DNA from: Perna viridis
Lineage: Eukaryota
Direction of reading: 5' to 3'
Length of the DNA: 64,000 nt
Assembly (NCBI GenBank): GCA_037379345.1
Contig: CM074523.1
Coordinates: forward strand, 1,434,525 to 1,498,524
Shown piece after piece: positions 36,561-49,042 of this stretch. The position numbers and the translations under genes are program-made. Below the pieces are notes generated by a model that worked only from the letters and a program-made list of their open reading frames with translations, had not been told where the DNA came from and made no database searches. Within the stretch, counting starts at the first letter, position 1; every line of letters begins with the position of its first letter.

Positions 36561-38192
36561 TGTGTCAATATTGTGTGAGTACAATGTTGTAGCCATTGAC
36601 ATAATGGTTTTAGTTGTGTAAGCTGTCAATAGCAGTGTCCAAGAAGTTAAATTATTTTTCCAGGACAGAAACCTTAACTATACATCAAACAGAAGCTGGT
36701 AATGGAAAATGTTAAATTGTCTTTATTTAAGTTGAAATAATCATTTTCAAAATTTTGAATAATTTTGAATGTTTGAAATATTGAATTTTCATTGGATGAA
36801 AATATTAATTTTGATTAGTTTCCATTTAAACAGGGTAAAGTTTGAATGTAAATTTAACAACTCTTTTTGGGCATATACCAATATTTTTATTGCAATTTCT
36901 CCACAGTTTCTGCCTCATCGTATCTAGTATAAGCAATAAACCAGACAGCATCTGATATTGTAGCATGATACATGTACTTGATTTATATTGTTACCAAACA
37001 AGCCACTAATTAGCACTATAGATTAGTTAGTGTTAGTCTAATCTCAGGTTCAGGTCTAATTAATATACTGTTCTCAACTCGTAATTTTGTTGTTGGTAGG
37101 TAGGTAAGAAAATAATTTTTTTTATTACTATTCAGAATCTGAAATTTGGAGTTAAAACAAAATGAGGTGATAACAGCATCATACAGACTGAATGTTACAA
37201 ATATTTCTAAGTACACAGGAGGATATAAATATAAGTGCTTAATATCTGTCAAAGATAAAAAAAAATGTGAAGATTAGAATAATTTTTGGGGTCAGATTTT
37301 TCTAGGTAGGTAAGGTCAACCATTTTTTTTTTATTTAGGGCTCAGTATCATATTATTAACCAGTGTATTTGTATAGACTTATTTTGGCAATTTAGAATGT
37401 CAATCCAAGTTTGTGCTTATTCGATTCTGATGTCTTTCACAAAGGTGTATTCCATTATGAGGAGACCTTTTGACAGCAATTTTTTTTTGTGATTTTTTAT
37501 ACAATGTCACATGAAATGGCTATAATTATGTGATACCTTAAATCAAGCTGCGTGTCTGTCTGTCTGTCTTGCAAATTGAGAACTAATCAATGATTTTGTT
37601 TAAAACTTAGCACAGTTGTTCAGTACCTTTCAATAGATTTAGTTAAATTTTGAGCAAATTAGAAATTTTAGTTTTAAAATATTGTTTTAATTACATTAAA
37701 TTTCAAGGATGCATGATTGGTGGAGGAGCATAAAGCTTTATTTCAGTTCCCAGCTTAAATATTTAATTATGGCTGAATTTATGTTGGTTGTTTTTTTTTT
37801 CAAACCAGTGCTTAAATAGATTGATAAAATTTCTAACTGTTTTCTTTCTATTTAAGAAAACCTTTTGCATATGGCATGAAATATAAAATTTCAGTGAAGA
37901 CAAAATGGATCCTTAAGTTTCACTATTTATGAAATTTTTGACAGTCTGTAAAAACTAATTTTTGCTACCAGCAAGAACAAAAAGGATAGGTAGGTAAGTT
38001 TATTTCTAAAACATTTTACATTGAGTTAATGGGGAAACAATCTAGATTTTTACGGTGCTTGAGCCAAAATGGCCATAAAAATCTTTAGGATAGGGAAAAA
38101 AACTAGAGTAGGGAGGGTAGCAGGGAACAGATGTATTATTTTTTTAGCCTTAGCTCATGATACTAAATGTATTGTTGCTTGTTTATTTACAG

Positions 38193-38403
38193 GAACCATA
38201 TCATGCAAAATGGTCGTGATCACCTCATCAATGAGATCAACAATAATGAAGATTTCGTCAAGAAGAAGTTACGAAAAACCAATATTGATCTAACAAAAGG
38301 CACACTGCGGAGAAAACCAGCACATGAGTCTCAGCAATTTGACTTTAGAGCTATGTTGAAAAAGACTGGACGTTTGGAGAAAGAATTGCAAGACAAAGAG
38401 TGA
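38193..38403 (+). CDS. MYO3: Myosin III terminal coding exon: WH2-like motif and FDFRAMLKKT (THDII-like), stop TGA
   Basis: tttacag acceptor; in frame with ORF 38167-38403; DFRxxL[KR]KT resembles the myosin IIIA C-terminal actin-binding motif. Confidence 0.88.
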
Positions 38404-39364
38404 TCATATTACCTATACAGAATTAACATGATAGCATCAAATACATGTATAGTGAACTCCTGTTTATACAGAATATTTGCAACATATGTTTTCATATGTT
38501 TTAGAAACATATGTTAATGACCAATATAGAAATTTATGTTTTTGTACCTATAAAAAATCACATTGAAACAGAAGTTGTACCTTTTTCATATATTAATTCC
38601 TATGGATGACTTATAATTAACATTTGATTTTTTTACCGTATTTTCATTGATAATTTATTAGTCTTTAACATTTGTTTTTGTCTTGGTGGTCCTAAACATA
38701 TGTGAAAATAAAATGTTTTTCAGGTGCTTTCAGAGCATATGAAAAACATATGTTGCAAAGTTTCCTGTCTTCTAAAAGGAGAAAGTTCACTACGATTTGT
38801 GCTGGTTAAACTTTAATCTATGTTCATATTATTCACCAAGAACTAAAATGATAGACCTTGTGTGGAGAAGAAATCTTGAATTTTTGTGATATGAAAATAT
38901 TTGAATAAGAACAGGAGTTGTCTTTCTTTATTTGGGTCCCATGTGTTGTGTTACATTCCTGACTTTTATTTATTGTGATATATTAGATTATATAGTTATA
39001 TAGTCCACATTTTGTTCGGTTTTAGAAGTATTATGTATAGTACGATACTTTGGACAATATTTTATAGTAGTTTTGAGATATTTTTCATATTGAGGAAATC
39101 CATCCTACAATGTTTTATTAGTAATATGGTGGTTTATTTTGCAACTCCTCATTGTCAAAGAGAAATAACTTTTCATTATCATCTAAGGGGAATAACTCTT
39201 CGTGTTCCAGCGTTACCCACTTTATATTTCTTAATGGGAACAACTTCTCTCTGTGTATAAAGGGACTAAATCTTTTTTAAAGGGATACAACTCTTCATGT
39301 GTTACAAATTGAACATCATTTTGTTTTATTTTAGCTGTTGCTAAAGAGATGTGCTTTACAACTT

Positions 39365-39370
39365 AATAAA
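39365..39370 (+). promoter_or_regulatory. Candidate polyadenylation signal AATAAA of the myosin III gene
   Basis: AATAAA about 960 nt after the stop codon, followed by a GT/T-rich tract (tgtgttgtttcc); other AATAAA sites exist nearby. Confidence 0.4.
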
Positions 39371-40367
39371 TATAAATATTTAAAAACAAATGTCCAATGT
39401 GTTGTTTCCATATCTTTATTTTGGAAGTACAGTGTATTGATATATTTTTCATATTTCAGATGTTTTATTGCTATACAATGTATTTAGTAATGTTTTATTT
39501 ATTGGCCATTTATCTGCATTGTTTGAATGTTTTTGTTTCCTTTTTTTATAATGTACATATAACCTTTCTGATGTAATCTTTTTCATGTTTTTCTGTAATG
39601 TCTTATTTTTGTGTGTTCTCATGTGATTATAATGTTGAACGACAATATACATGTTTATGTAGGAATTTTTCTTTAATAATGACTGTTTTTCATTGACTTT
39701 TGCTAGTTATTTTTCTTCTGATTCATCTAATATCTCATTTATATTGTGTTGTCGGGGGTGGTATATCGATCCACTAATCACTGTCCAGTGGGGGCGGGGC
39801 AAGTAAAGATATTCAGGGATTAAACTAAAATAATTCATTACACATTACCCAATCAGAATTCAAGATTTTTGTATGAAGTATAATATTTTATAAATTTGAA
39901 ACATTTATAGAACATGAATCAAATTGAAGAACCTGTAAAATATCCATAGATCCACAAAATATCCATAGATCTACAAAATATCAATAGATCCTTCATTTTT
40001 GTACATTTGTATCAAAAGATAAGAAAAGTAATTTGAAAGAAATACTGAAACACATTTTCAAAAATTTGAATATTAAAACGTATAAAAGTAAATAAATAAT
40101 GTCATATCCTCTCAGCCAATCAAGAGACAGAAGATGTCACTGGTAACATAGGGTTATATTTGAGAGAAATTACGACCCAGGCTTCCAGGTTAAGGCTACT
40201 ACCAAGATACTGAATTTTTAATGGCAATGTAACATCAAATCCACTGTAATGCCCCTGATGAACGTCAGTTTTGAAAGTCTGGACAGAACATTACACCTTG
40301 ACATAACGAACTCACTGAGATATTTTATGTCTCTACTTCAAAACTGCTGTAATTCTGTATTTATCTA

Positions 40368-40926
40368 CACAGAAAAAATTGCACAATGTTTTCATACATT
40401 TTAAAACATATGGAAACAAATGTATGGGACCAATATGGTAAAAATATGCTTTGGTCCTTTTAAAAACACAAGCAATCAGGTTTTCAAAAATCATAAGTAA
40501 ACCATACTCTTTTTGTGTGTGAAATTCTGTTAAAAACGTATGATTATCATATGTCTTTTACATGTTTTATTTAATTGTTTGTCTAGAATTACTTTGTTAG
40601 TAAGAAACACATGTTTTTCATGTTGGTCCTTAACATGTGAAAGAGTAATCAAGGGAACCAAGGTTATAGCGGTAATCAAAAGAATGTAATCCAGGGACAA
40701 AGACCATACATGGAAAACAGACATACACAACAAAGAACATAAAGTATCTAAAATCATACATACAAGGTAACAAAAGTAAATGAGCAACTTGGACTCTACT
40801 AAAAACTGGGAGCATGGACCAGGTGCACCGGTAGGGTAAGCATCCTCTGCTTTTCTAAAAAAACATATAATAAACATGGTTTTTTTCAAAACATATGAAA
40901 AACTTAGGTATCATTTTTTTCCTGTG
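40368..40926. mobile_element. EnSpm/CACTA-like non-autonomous element (CACAG...CTGTG ends, TA flanks)
   Basis: ta|cacagaaaaaatt ... tttttttcctgtg|ta; internal catatg motifs; interrupted by a Naiad 3' fragment. Confidence 0.6.
40640..40858 (-). mobile_element. 3'-end fragment of the Naiad-type Penelope-like element
   Basis: reverse complement matches 22860-23022. Confidence 0.88.
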
Positions 40927-42719
40927 TAAATTATCACATGCTGCACCATAAGTAAAGATGTACTAACATGGCCTTTTTAATTTGAGGTTTGTGCCTGTCT
41001 GTCTGTCTGTGTATCTGTTTAACTGTTTTGTCTTAGATTATTTTTTTTTCAAACAGGGTTAATTCATTGTAAAATCAGGTCTTAAATGTACCAAGGTATG
41101 AATATCCCTGTAAGCATACTTGGTGGCTATAATCAGATGATCACATGTTTGTGATAACATTTGGTTTTTTTTTTGTCTGTAATCATCAGTAAGTTTGTAT
41201 ACTCAATTGGATGACTTGTTAATATTTCCTTATGCAATGATAATTATGACAAGATTTTTAAATATAATTGATTGTCTCCCTTAAACCATTGATGTGGACA
41301 TTTATTCATCTGAATATTAATTGAATGGATACAAATAAGTAATTCCAAATTAATATTTCCTAACAACATTTCATTTGAAATGAATAGGTTTACTTACTCA
41401 ATTCACAAATGGCTCATTAATTAGTAAACTGGTTCTTTGAAAAAAATGTAAATCCCAGCATATACTTCCTTATTGTAATATGGCTTTGGATAAAATAAAC
41501 TTTTTTTTGTGTGTGTTTACAATAATTTTATCCTATGCTACATCATTATATTTTATGTTGATATAAAGAGGTTGTGAATAAAATGATTATTTAAAGTTTG
41601 TACACCTCTCCAATTTTTGTCATCATCATTTTTTATTATTTAAACTCCAGTTTTGGGATCAAATAATACTTTCTCTTATTTGTGAAAATGATTATTTATT
41701 GTAGGGGAGGTAACTCCTGTAAATGTAGAATTTTGTTTTAACAAGAAAATATACAAAGTTCAAAGCTACATTATGCATTTTTTCACATATATATATATTT
41801 TCTGAAATCCATTACATTTTCTGAATCAGCATTTTTATACGGGATTATGTATATCATGCTTTGGAGCTTTTATTTTTGTTATACCATTGTTAAGTCTATT
41901 TCGTCATGATGACCCAATGTTTTGTTTTTGTCACAGATCTGTGAACAAAGAAGACCCCATTATGGTGCAACCATTTAATTTAAGAGGGTGAGTAAGATAA
42001 TGTGAAATAAGGACCAGGAAAACAAAATGATTCCTACCCTTTCCTATATATTGAATGGTTGCTCCATTATATTTATGATGATACATTGAAGTTTCCTCTG
42101 TATGGGTGCCTTTGTACTAAGAAATAAACTTTAGAAAAATTCAAATAGTTGATATTTTTATGGATTGGAAGACAACATTTATAAATTCAAATTCAAATTA
42201 TATATTGACTTTGTTTTTTTATCAATTAATGTCTAGCAGTTATTTATAGATTAGGCCAAGTAAAGAAATTATGTTTGTATAAAACAATTCAATAGTTTCT
42301 GTTGACAATTTGCTTTCAGCTCAGACCTTTCCTTGTTGTTACATTTCTAATCAATGTATTTTATTCTTATCAATTCACCTCCAATTGTTCTGTACTTCTT
42401 TTTCTTTGCAAACAAAACAATTATAATAAAAATATATTTCCAATGTCTAATATCTCTCAATTGTAAATATAAACGTCAGTAAATACTGAAGGCATGAATT
42501 TAAGTAGTAAGTTAAATTGTTTGCAAAAATAGATTTTTGAAGACTAAGTTCATAGAGGTCATATTTTGAAAATATTACAATGGCACCCTTACAATTGTTT
42601 CCATGGCAATGCCTAAAATATCTTGATACATGTGATAACAAAGGAGTGTGATATTAGGCATTGTGTTGGCTTTGATGACCATAACATTGTGATATCTAAG
42701 GTTATACAAATAAAAATGT

Positions 42720-42920
42720 ATTAAAGCCATGTAAGACTCTGTGTATTGAAGCCATGTCAGACTCTGTGTATTAAAGCCATGTCAAACTCTGTGCATTGAA
42801 GCCATGTCAGACTCTGTGCATTGAAGCCATGTAAGACTCTGTGTATTGAAGCCATGTAAGACTCAGTGTATTGAAGCTATGCCTGACTGTGCATTGAAGA
42901 CATTTAAGACTGTATATATA
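42720..42920. repeat. 25-bp satellite (gccatgtcagactctgtgtattgaa), ~8 copies, at the duplication junction
   Basis: directly visible; same family as 53636-55116. Confidence 0.92.
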
Positions 42921-43287
42921 AGCCGATTAAAACTGTGTATGAACAGAGAGATGAATCATAGCATGTAGTCATGAAACTTGGACAAAATGTATTGTTCCAT
43001 AAAATATCAGTTTGTCTTTTTTCATAGTAAAAAGGACAATCTGAGTTCATTTCATAAGTTCGACAGTGAAACCTGTATTCCTGTATTATGTTGACTTTTG
43101 AAAAGAAGCAATACCTGGTCACATAATGGTCAGGTATTGCTTCCTTTTGAAAGGTCTACATAATGTGACCATCCGTGCGAGACCGGGTAGTCGAGGGCGT
43201 TATAAACCCTCTCAGTCAGTCACATGATTTAAATAGTCTTTATATACAGGGTAATCATATATAGAATTCTTAACGTAGGGATATTTT

Positions 43288-43309
43288 ACACACACACACA
43301 CACACACAC

Positions 43310-43350
<41 letters not shown>
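43288..43350. repeat. (CA)n(TA)n microsatellite
   Basis: directly visible. Confidence 0.95.
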
Positions 43351-43353
<3 letters not shown>

Positions 43354-43830
43354 GGGTCTCGAACCCTTTCCGCTGTGACATCTATGGCAACACCGCCTGC
43401 ACTAAGTCCAGCGCCCTAGACCACTCGGCCAGCTAGGCTATATAAAAATACAGCTTTCGCTGGCCGGGTGATTCCTCCTCGTAGGATTAATCTAGGGCTG
43501 TAACTTAGTACACGATGTATGGTAGTACGGGACAGTTCATCTAGGTGTTATTATGTTGGATAGAGGATCAAATTAATGATGCATGTCACAACAAATCAAT
43601 ATTATACAACGTCTCAGAATGTGACGACTCTATTCTCTACACTGCTCCATCGGATCAAATTGATACAAGGAAGATAACGTAAACTTATAGAAAGGTCTGA
43701 AAAATTCCCAACGATGTTAGAACTGTCAAATTTGCGAAGCAAATTTTTGTCGTTCCCTCCGCGGGACTCCAACTCGTACCGCTGTGACATCTATGGCAAC
43801 ACCGCCTGGACTTAATGCAAATTTGATAGT
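43351..43830 (-). mobile_element. tRNA-Leu-derived SINE-like element with two heads 409 bp apart
   Basis: reverse complement agctggccgagtggtctagggcgctggacttagtg...ggttcgagacc (A and B boxes); cgctgtgacatctatggcaacaccgcctg at 43371 and 43780. Confidence 0.75.
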
Positions 43831-43842
43831 TATATATATATA

Positions 43843-44231
43843 CAGTACCTGAACGGATCCGTGCAACTAAAATTGCGATCGGTCATCGATTACCATTCAG
43901 TTTCCGATCCATCAAACAGATCGGTTAAACCATTGATCGCATCACGTGACCACTGAGCTGTAGTAGATTTAAACCTCAGTAACGTTTATTTTACATATGT
44001 TTTATTGTAAATGAAGTACAATATGTAGATTTAATATCTTTAATCAAGATAAATTTAATATGGAGTTATATTGTATTTGTTTCAATGAAAGTTCTCATGA
44101 ACCAATCATACAACATTTACATAACAAAACTGCAATTAGATCGGTCACCGGTCATCGTTATCGATCTATCAGTAATCAATCAGTCAGCGGTCATCGATGA
44201 GAAATAGATACACGGATCAGTTCATGGACTG
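43843..44231 (+). mobile_element. Family-1 MITE
   Basis: ta|cagtacctgaacggatccgtgcaac ... cacggatcagttcatggactg|ta. Confidence 0.88.
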
Positions 44232-45179
44232 TACCCAGAGTCCCTTAAGGCAATTTTTTGCTGAATGCAGGTTTGACTATATTTAGAGATAAAAAAACAC
44301 AACATAACCTTGTAAACATTGCAAAAGACGATATCAATGTTGATGTCTTTTAGTGATAGATTGTAGATCTAACAACTAACAACCCAAAAATATTGCAACT
44401 CAACAAGTGCTTGATATACTGCAATCACCTTGTTTGTCTGTCTGAATGTTATTGCAAATATCTCAACTCTCAATGGATGGATATATTTCAATGTGGCTTT
44501 ATATAGACATGGTTTCTATCTACACTGCAAATGATTAAATCTTTAACGTTTTTGGCCATTTCGGTGCTATTTGTCAATAATTACGATTTAACTGTTTGAA
44601 ACATAATCATATATCCTGCTACAAATAATGGTTAGATATTATGTTACTGTGAAAGTACGTTTATTCGTGGATATCAGCTTACATGGATTGCAAACAAATC
44701 GCTGGTTCGTGGATTCTTGAATTCATGGTATTGCATAATAAATGGAAAATATGTATTTCGTGACAATTTGTGGTTTCAATCACCCACGAATTCCTCGAAA
44801 ATTGGGTACCCCACGCTATTAGTACTTTCATACTACCGTTGACAGGTGTATGCCCCTTCTTGCTCTATTGTCACGGAAGTCTTCAAGGTTGTATACATAA
44901 TACATTATTATTAAGTATAGAAATGGTGATGAGCCTTTTAACTTGTATATGTTCATTGTATTGCCTGTTATATTAAAAGAAAAATACAAAAAAAAAAAAA
45001 GAAATTAATTAGGGTATGAAATATGCTTAGTACGTCCCTTCCTTAAAATCTTCATGACCTCTTGCACTGTTTTAAGTGGAAAATTATAATATTGACAAAT
45101 TTCCTTCTAATCAACTAACCTAATATTTGTTCTTTTTTTTTCAGGATGTTTTCAGAATGCTGGAAATTTTAATCAACAT

Positions 45180-46435
45180 ACCACCAAACCTCTTTCAAAA
45201 CTTTTAAATTCTATACTAACAACTGTAAAAGAGGGTCTATAGTTCTACCGCAATACTTGTTACTCCCGTAGTGGTATTAATTTAATGTGGATCCTGAAAA
45301 ATTCGAAAGATCTTTTGGAGACAATAAGTTCAAGACTATTATCTGAATATAATAGCATTAAAACCTATGATTTTTCAACACTGTATACTTCTATTCCCCA
45401 AGCTCACTTAAAATCCCGACTTAAAAACATTATATATCGTTGTTTTTTTCCAAAAAAGATGGTACACCTAGATACAAATATATAGTTTTTGGTAGAGATT
45501 CCTCATACTTTGTAAGAAATAATTCCAAATCATCTTCCAAATATACAGAGGAAGATGTTTACAAAATGCTGGAATTTTTAATCGACAAAATATTTGTCCA
45601 CTGTGGTGGAAGTGTTTTTCAACAAATGGTCGGCATTGCAATGGGAACAAATTGTGCTCCTTTACTTGCTGACCTTTTCTTTCTCTCTTATGAGGCTAAC
45701 TTTATAGCTGATCTGATCCGAAAGAAAGAATATCGTTTAGCTAGATCCTTTAATCTCCGTTTCCGCTATACAGATGACGTATTATCTTTAAACAATCCTA
45801 ATTTCGAGGAATTGATACATCGCATCTACCGCAAAGAACTTGAGTCAAAGGATACTACAAACACAGTGATGTCAGCCTCATATCTTGACCTACACTTAGA
45901 AATCGATGGTAAAGGAAATCTATTGACCACTTTACGACAAACGTGACGACTTTTCATTCAAAATTGTCAACTTTCCTTTCATCTGTGGCAACATCCCTTT
46001 AGCACCTGCGTATGGAGTGTTCATAGCACAACTGATACGTTATACCAGAGCTTGCCGAAACTACGCAGACTTTTTGTATCACGCTAGAACTCTAACAAAT
46101 AGGCTTCTGGAACAGGATTATGTTGCTACAAGATTGAATTCATCACTACAGAAGTTTTATGGTCGTCATCATGAACTCGTGGATCGTTATAGTGTATCCA
46201 TATGCACCATGAAAACTGATTAATTCAACGGGTCATAGTTTTCCTTTCCTTGTTTGTCTACCCCGGACTTGACTTTTTATTAGCAACTCTGCGGGTGTTT
46301 CTAGAAAAGCAGAGGACGCTTACCGTACTGGGCGCACCTGGTCCATGCTCCCAGTTTTTAAAAGGAGTTCAAGTTGTTCATTTATGTTTGTTGCTGTGTA
46401 CGTCTTATTTTAGTTATTATGTTCTTTGTAAACGC
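45180..46435 (+). pseudogene. Naiad-type Penelope-like element: disrupted RT plus 3' region
   Basis: TKPLSKLL..YSRSGINLMWILKNSK..YDFSTLYT..GIAMGTNCAPLLADLF..FRYTDD..SASYLDL..YDKRDDF..IVNFP..QLIRY; one stop near 45240, frameshifts near 45450 and 45930, premature TAA at 46221; no endonuclease follows the RT. Confidence 0.9.
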
Positions 46436-47467
46436 ACTGATGTAGGCTAAAATTTTTCTCACTAAAGGGTTTCAACGGTAATTTTGAGTGGCCACAGACA
46501 TCTGCTGAGTCATCTGAGCCACACAAAAGTTGTGCATTGAGGTAATTTATCCTATCAAATTTTAAGACATTTGCAACTGTGGTTTCATAGAAGTTTGTCT
46601 CTGAAAATTGGCTAATCATAGGATTAAATGGTCGCTGATGGCCATCACGTAGAACAAAAACTTTTATTTAATGATAAAGCTGTCCCTATTATTTCTGCCA
46701 ATTTTGGCCACCATCGGCTCAATAACACCAAAGATCATTAACCCTATCATGTTTCACAACATTAGCACTTATGGTTTCGGAGATCATTGATAATTGGTAA
46801 TCACAAACTGAAATGGCCTCTGGCGGGCATCTTGTTTAATCAAGCATATACAAATGTGGATGTGAAAAGGCTCTTGCTTATATCACTTCTCCGAAATGTG
46901 GTAAAAATTGGTCAAGGAGTTGAGCAGAATTAAAATGTTTATGGACGACAGACGCAAAGTGATTGTATAAGCTTACTGGCTAATACAACTAGAACCTTAA
47001 GTAAGCTTAACACATTAGTGTATCAGATGGGATGTTCTATCAACACATATAATACAACTGAATGTTGCATTTTGTCATAACCAGAAGAGATTGATAATTT
47101 CATTACAATGATTTTTTTTCAATTTCTTTTCAACTGGTATATGAAAGAATTAGTTTGGTATTGGTGATAGAAATATAGTAGGTACCAGGAAAGAGCTGGA
47201 AATCTATGGCCTCATTGATTCGCGTTGCTCATCTAGAGAGTATTATCATGATAAATTGACTACCAAAGGGACCATGATATCGCCTGAACCATTGATAAAA
47301 TCTAAAATTTATAATAATATCTAAAATTTCATTTCGACACACACTAACAAAAAATGCACATGACCATGGTTTTACCAATAAGAACATTCCTCTCTAATAT
47401 GAAATAATATGTAATAATTGGAGAAAACCTGTGTTACCTGTGAAGGTACATGACTAATACATATACA

Positions 47468-48612
47468 ATATAGGTACATTGTCTAAAATTATTGAAGATA
47501 TGTGATGAGGCGACGGAACAGGTAGGAAATGCGAGGCTTTGCCGAGCTATTTCCCCCGTTCCAAGCCGAATACACATATCTTCAATAATTTTCGACAATG
47601 TACCTATATGGTTTTTATCCTGTTATATTAATAGTTTTGTGCGTTTGTACATTTTTAAAATAAAATTTTAAAATGCATATCCCCTGAGGAGCCCCGATCG
47701 TTAAACCCGAAGAAAAAATACGCATGGCGTATGACTCAGTAAACATTGAAATTCAATCCGCACCATATAATCCGTCAAAGCTGTTTGCCGAAAATAAGCA
47801 ATGTATCAAAATTCCAAGAGACAAATAAGTTAAATGAACAATAAATACAAATATTTTGAATGTTGTAAAGTCGATTTTAAGAACATAAAAGTTCTGAATT
47901 TCGCGAAGAAGGTGGAAGCTGACTTGTTTCTCTTTGGTATATGGCAGTAGAGTTCATGGGTGAAATTTGTGCACTAGTTTCTTAGGGGTTTGAAATATTT
48001 GTATGAGATTTTTGAAGAAGAGGAGGCAGTTGTATGGGCAGATATATAATGTAGTGTTCCTCTGATTCATTATCTTGGGATTTAGGCAGTAATAAATCCA
48101 AGACCATAAAAATTTCCTGGTCATTTGTCTCTTCAAGAGTTTTACTATATTGTAATGCTTCAATTTCTTTAAGTGGGGACCAGTTTATGTTAAATTGTGA
48201 CGGACACTCTGGCTCCGAGTCCGACATGACTGAAATGACAGGGGAAGTCGTCTGCAAACTGACAATGAATCAAATATGAACGAGATTTGGGATTTGCCAT
48301 ATATATAACGGTGAACAAAAATACAAACAAAATCATTATTTGGTTTACATAAAATCTTTTATTTCATTCAGGTGAAAACAAAACAAAACAGCAAAAAAAA
48401 AAAGATTAACCGGATATGCAATCGCAATTTGTTTATATCGTATCTATGGTGGGGGCCATGATTAATTTACGCATACCAGAGAAAAGTAGTTCCGCCGATC
48501 ACGTGAGTGGGAGGAGCCAGAAAGTCGATAACCTGCTAATGTTTCGGATACAGCAAAAAAAAATAACCGTATACCTTATTCGTTTAACATATAACCTCAT
48601 TGCAGGATAAAA
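47468..48612. mobile_element. Non-autonomous element with a 142-bp terminal hairpin (Crypton-like)
   Basis: hairpin 47468-47609 with apex gcgaggctttgccgagc; inverted pair ttttatcctg (47613) / caggataaaa (48603); absent from copy A; family assignment by recall of motif only. Confidence 0.55.
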
Positions 48613-48807
48613 TGAAACATCCCTAGACCAAACTGAATTATCTGGAAAGCTGTCTTAACCCACACTCTGAAAATTCTGATATTCAAAACTGTTCAAATGT
48701 ATTTTGTTATTAAATGTAATTTTAATTTATACTTGCAATTTTATCATTTTCATCTTGAACTCGACGTGTCTTCCCTACCATGATCAAGATTAATTGTAAG
48801 AGGCACA

Positions 48808-48960
48808 CTCAGCTGGCCGAGTGGTCTAGGGCGCTGGACTTCGTGCAGGCGGTATTGCCATAGATGTCACAGCAGTACGAGTTCGAGTCCCGCGGAGGTA
48901 ACGACCAAAAATTTGCATCGCAAATTTGACAGTTCTAACATCGTTGGGAATTTTTCAGAC

Positions 48961-48963
<3 letters not shown>
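48808..48963 (+). mobile_element. tRNA-Leu-derived SINE-like element, truncated at (TA)n
   Basis: A box tggccgagtgg, B box gttcgagtcc; body matches the reverse complement of 43692-43810. Confidence 0.8.
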
Positions 48964-49026
<63 letters not shown>

Positions 49027-49042
49027 ATGTGTGTGTGTGTGT
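48964..49042. repeat. (TA)n(TG)n microsatellite
   Basis: directly visible. Confidence 0.95.

Larger units (their letters stand above)
26316..42930 (+). repeat. Segmental duplication, copy A (contains myosin exons 31061-38403)
   Basis: colinear blocks shared with 42938-55116. Confidence 0.88.

Noticed and set aside
40530-40889. ORFs containing RKAEDAYPTGAPGPCSQFLV (also 20093, 22837, 27982, 46250)
   Set aside because: Chance translations of the non-coding 3' end of the Penelope-like element.
45180-46238. Selenocysteine-recoded Naiad ORF
   Set aside because: The disruptions I traced are TAG/TAA stops and frameshifts, not in-frame TGA at conserved positions; no SECIS was identified.
48808-48897. 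Functional tRNA-Leu gene
   Set aside because: A and B boxes are present, but the anticodon and acceptor stems do not close, extra sequence is inserted, and the head continues into a repeated body; it is SINE-like.
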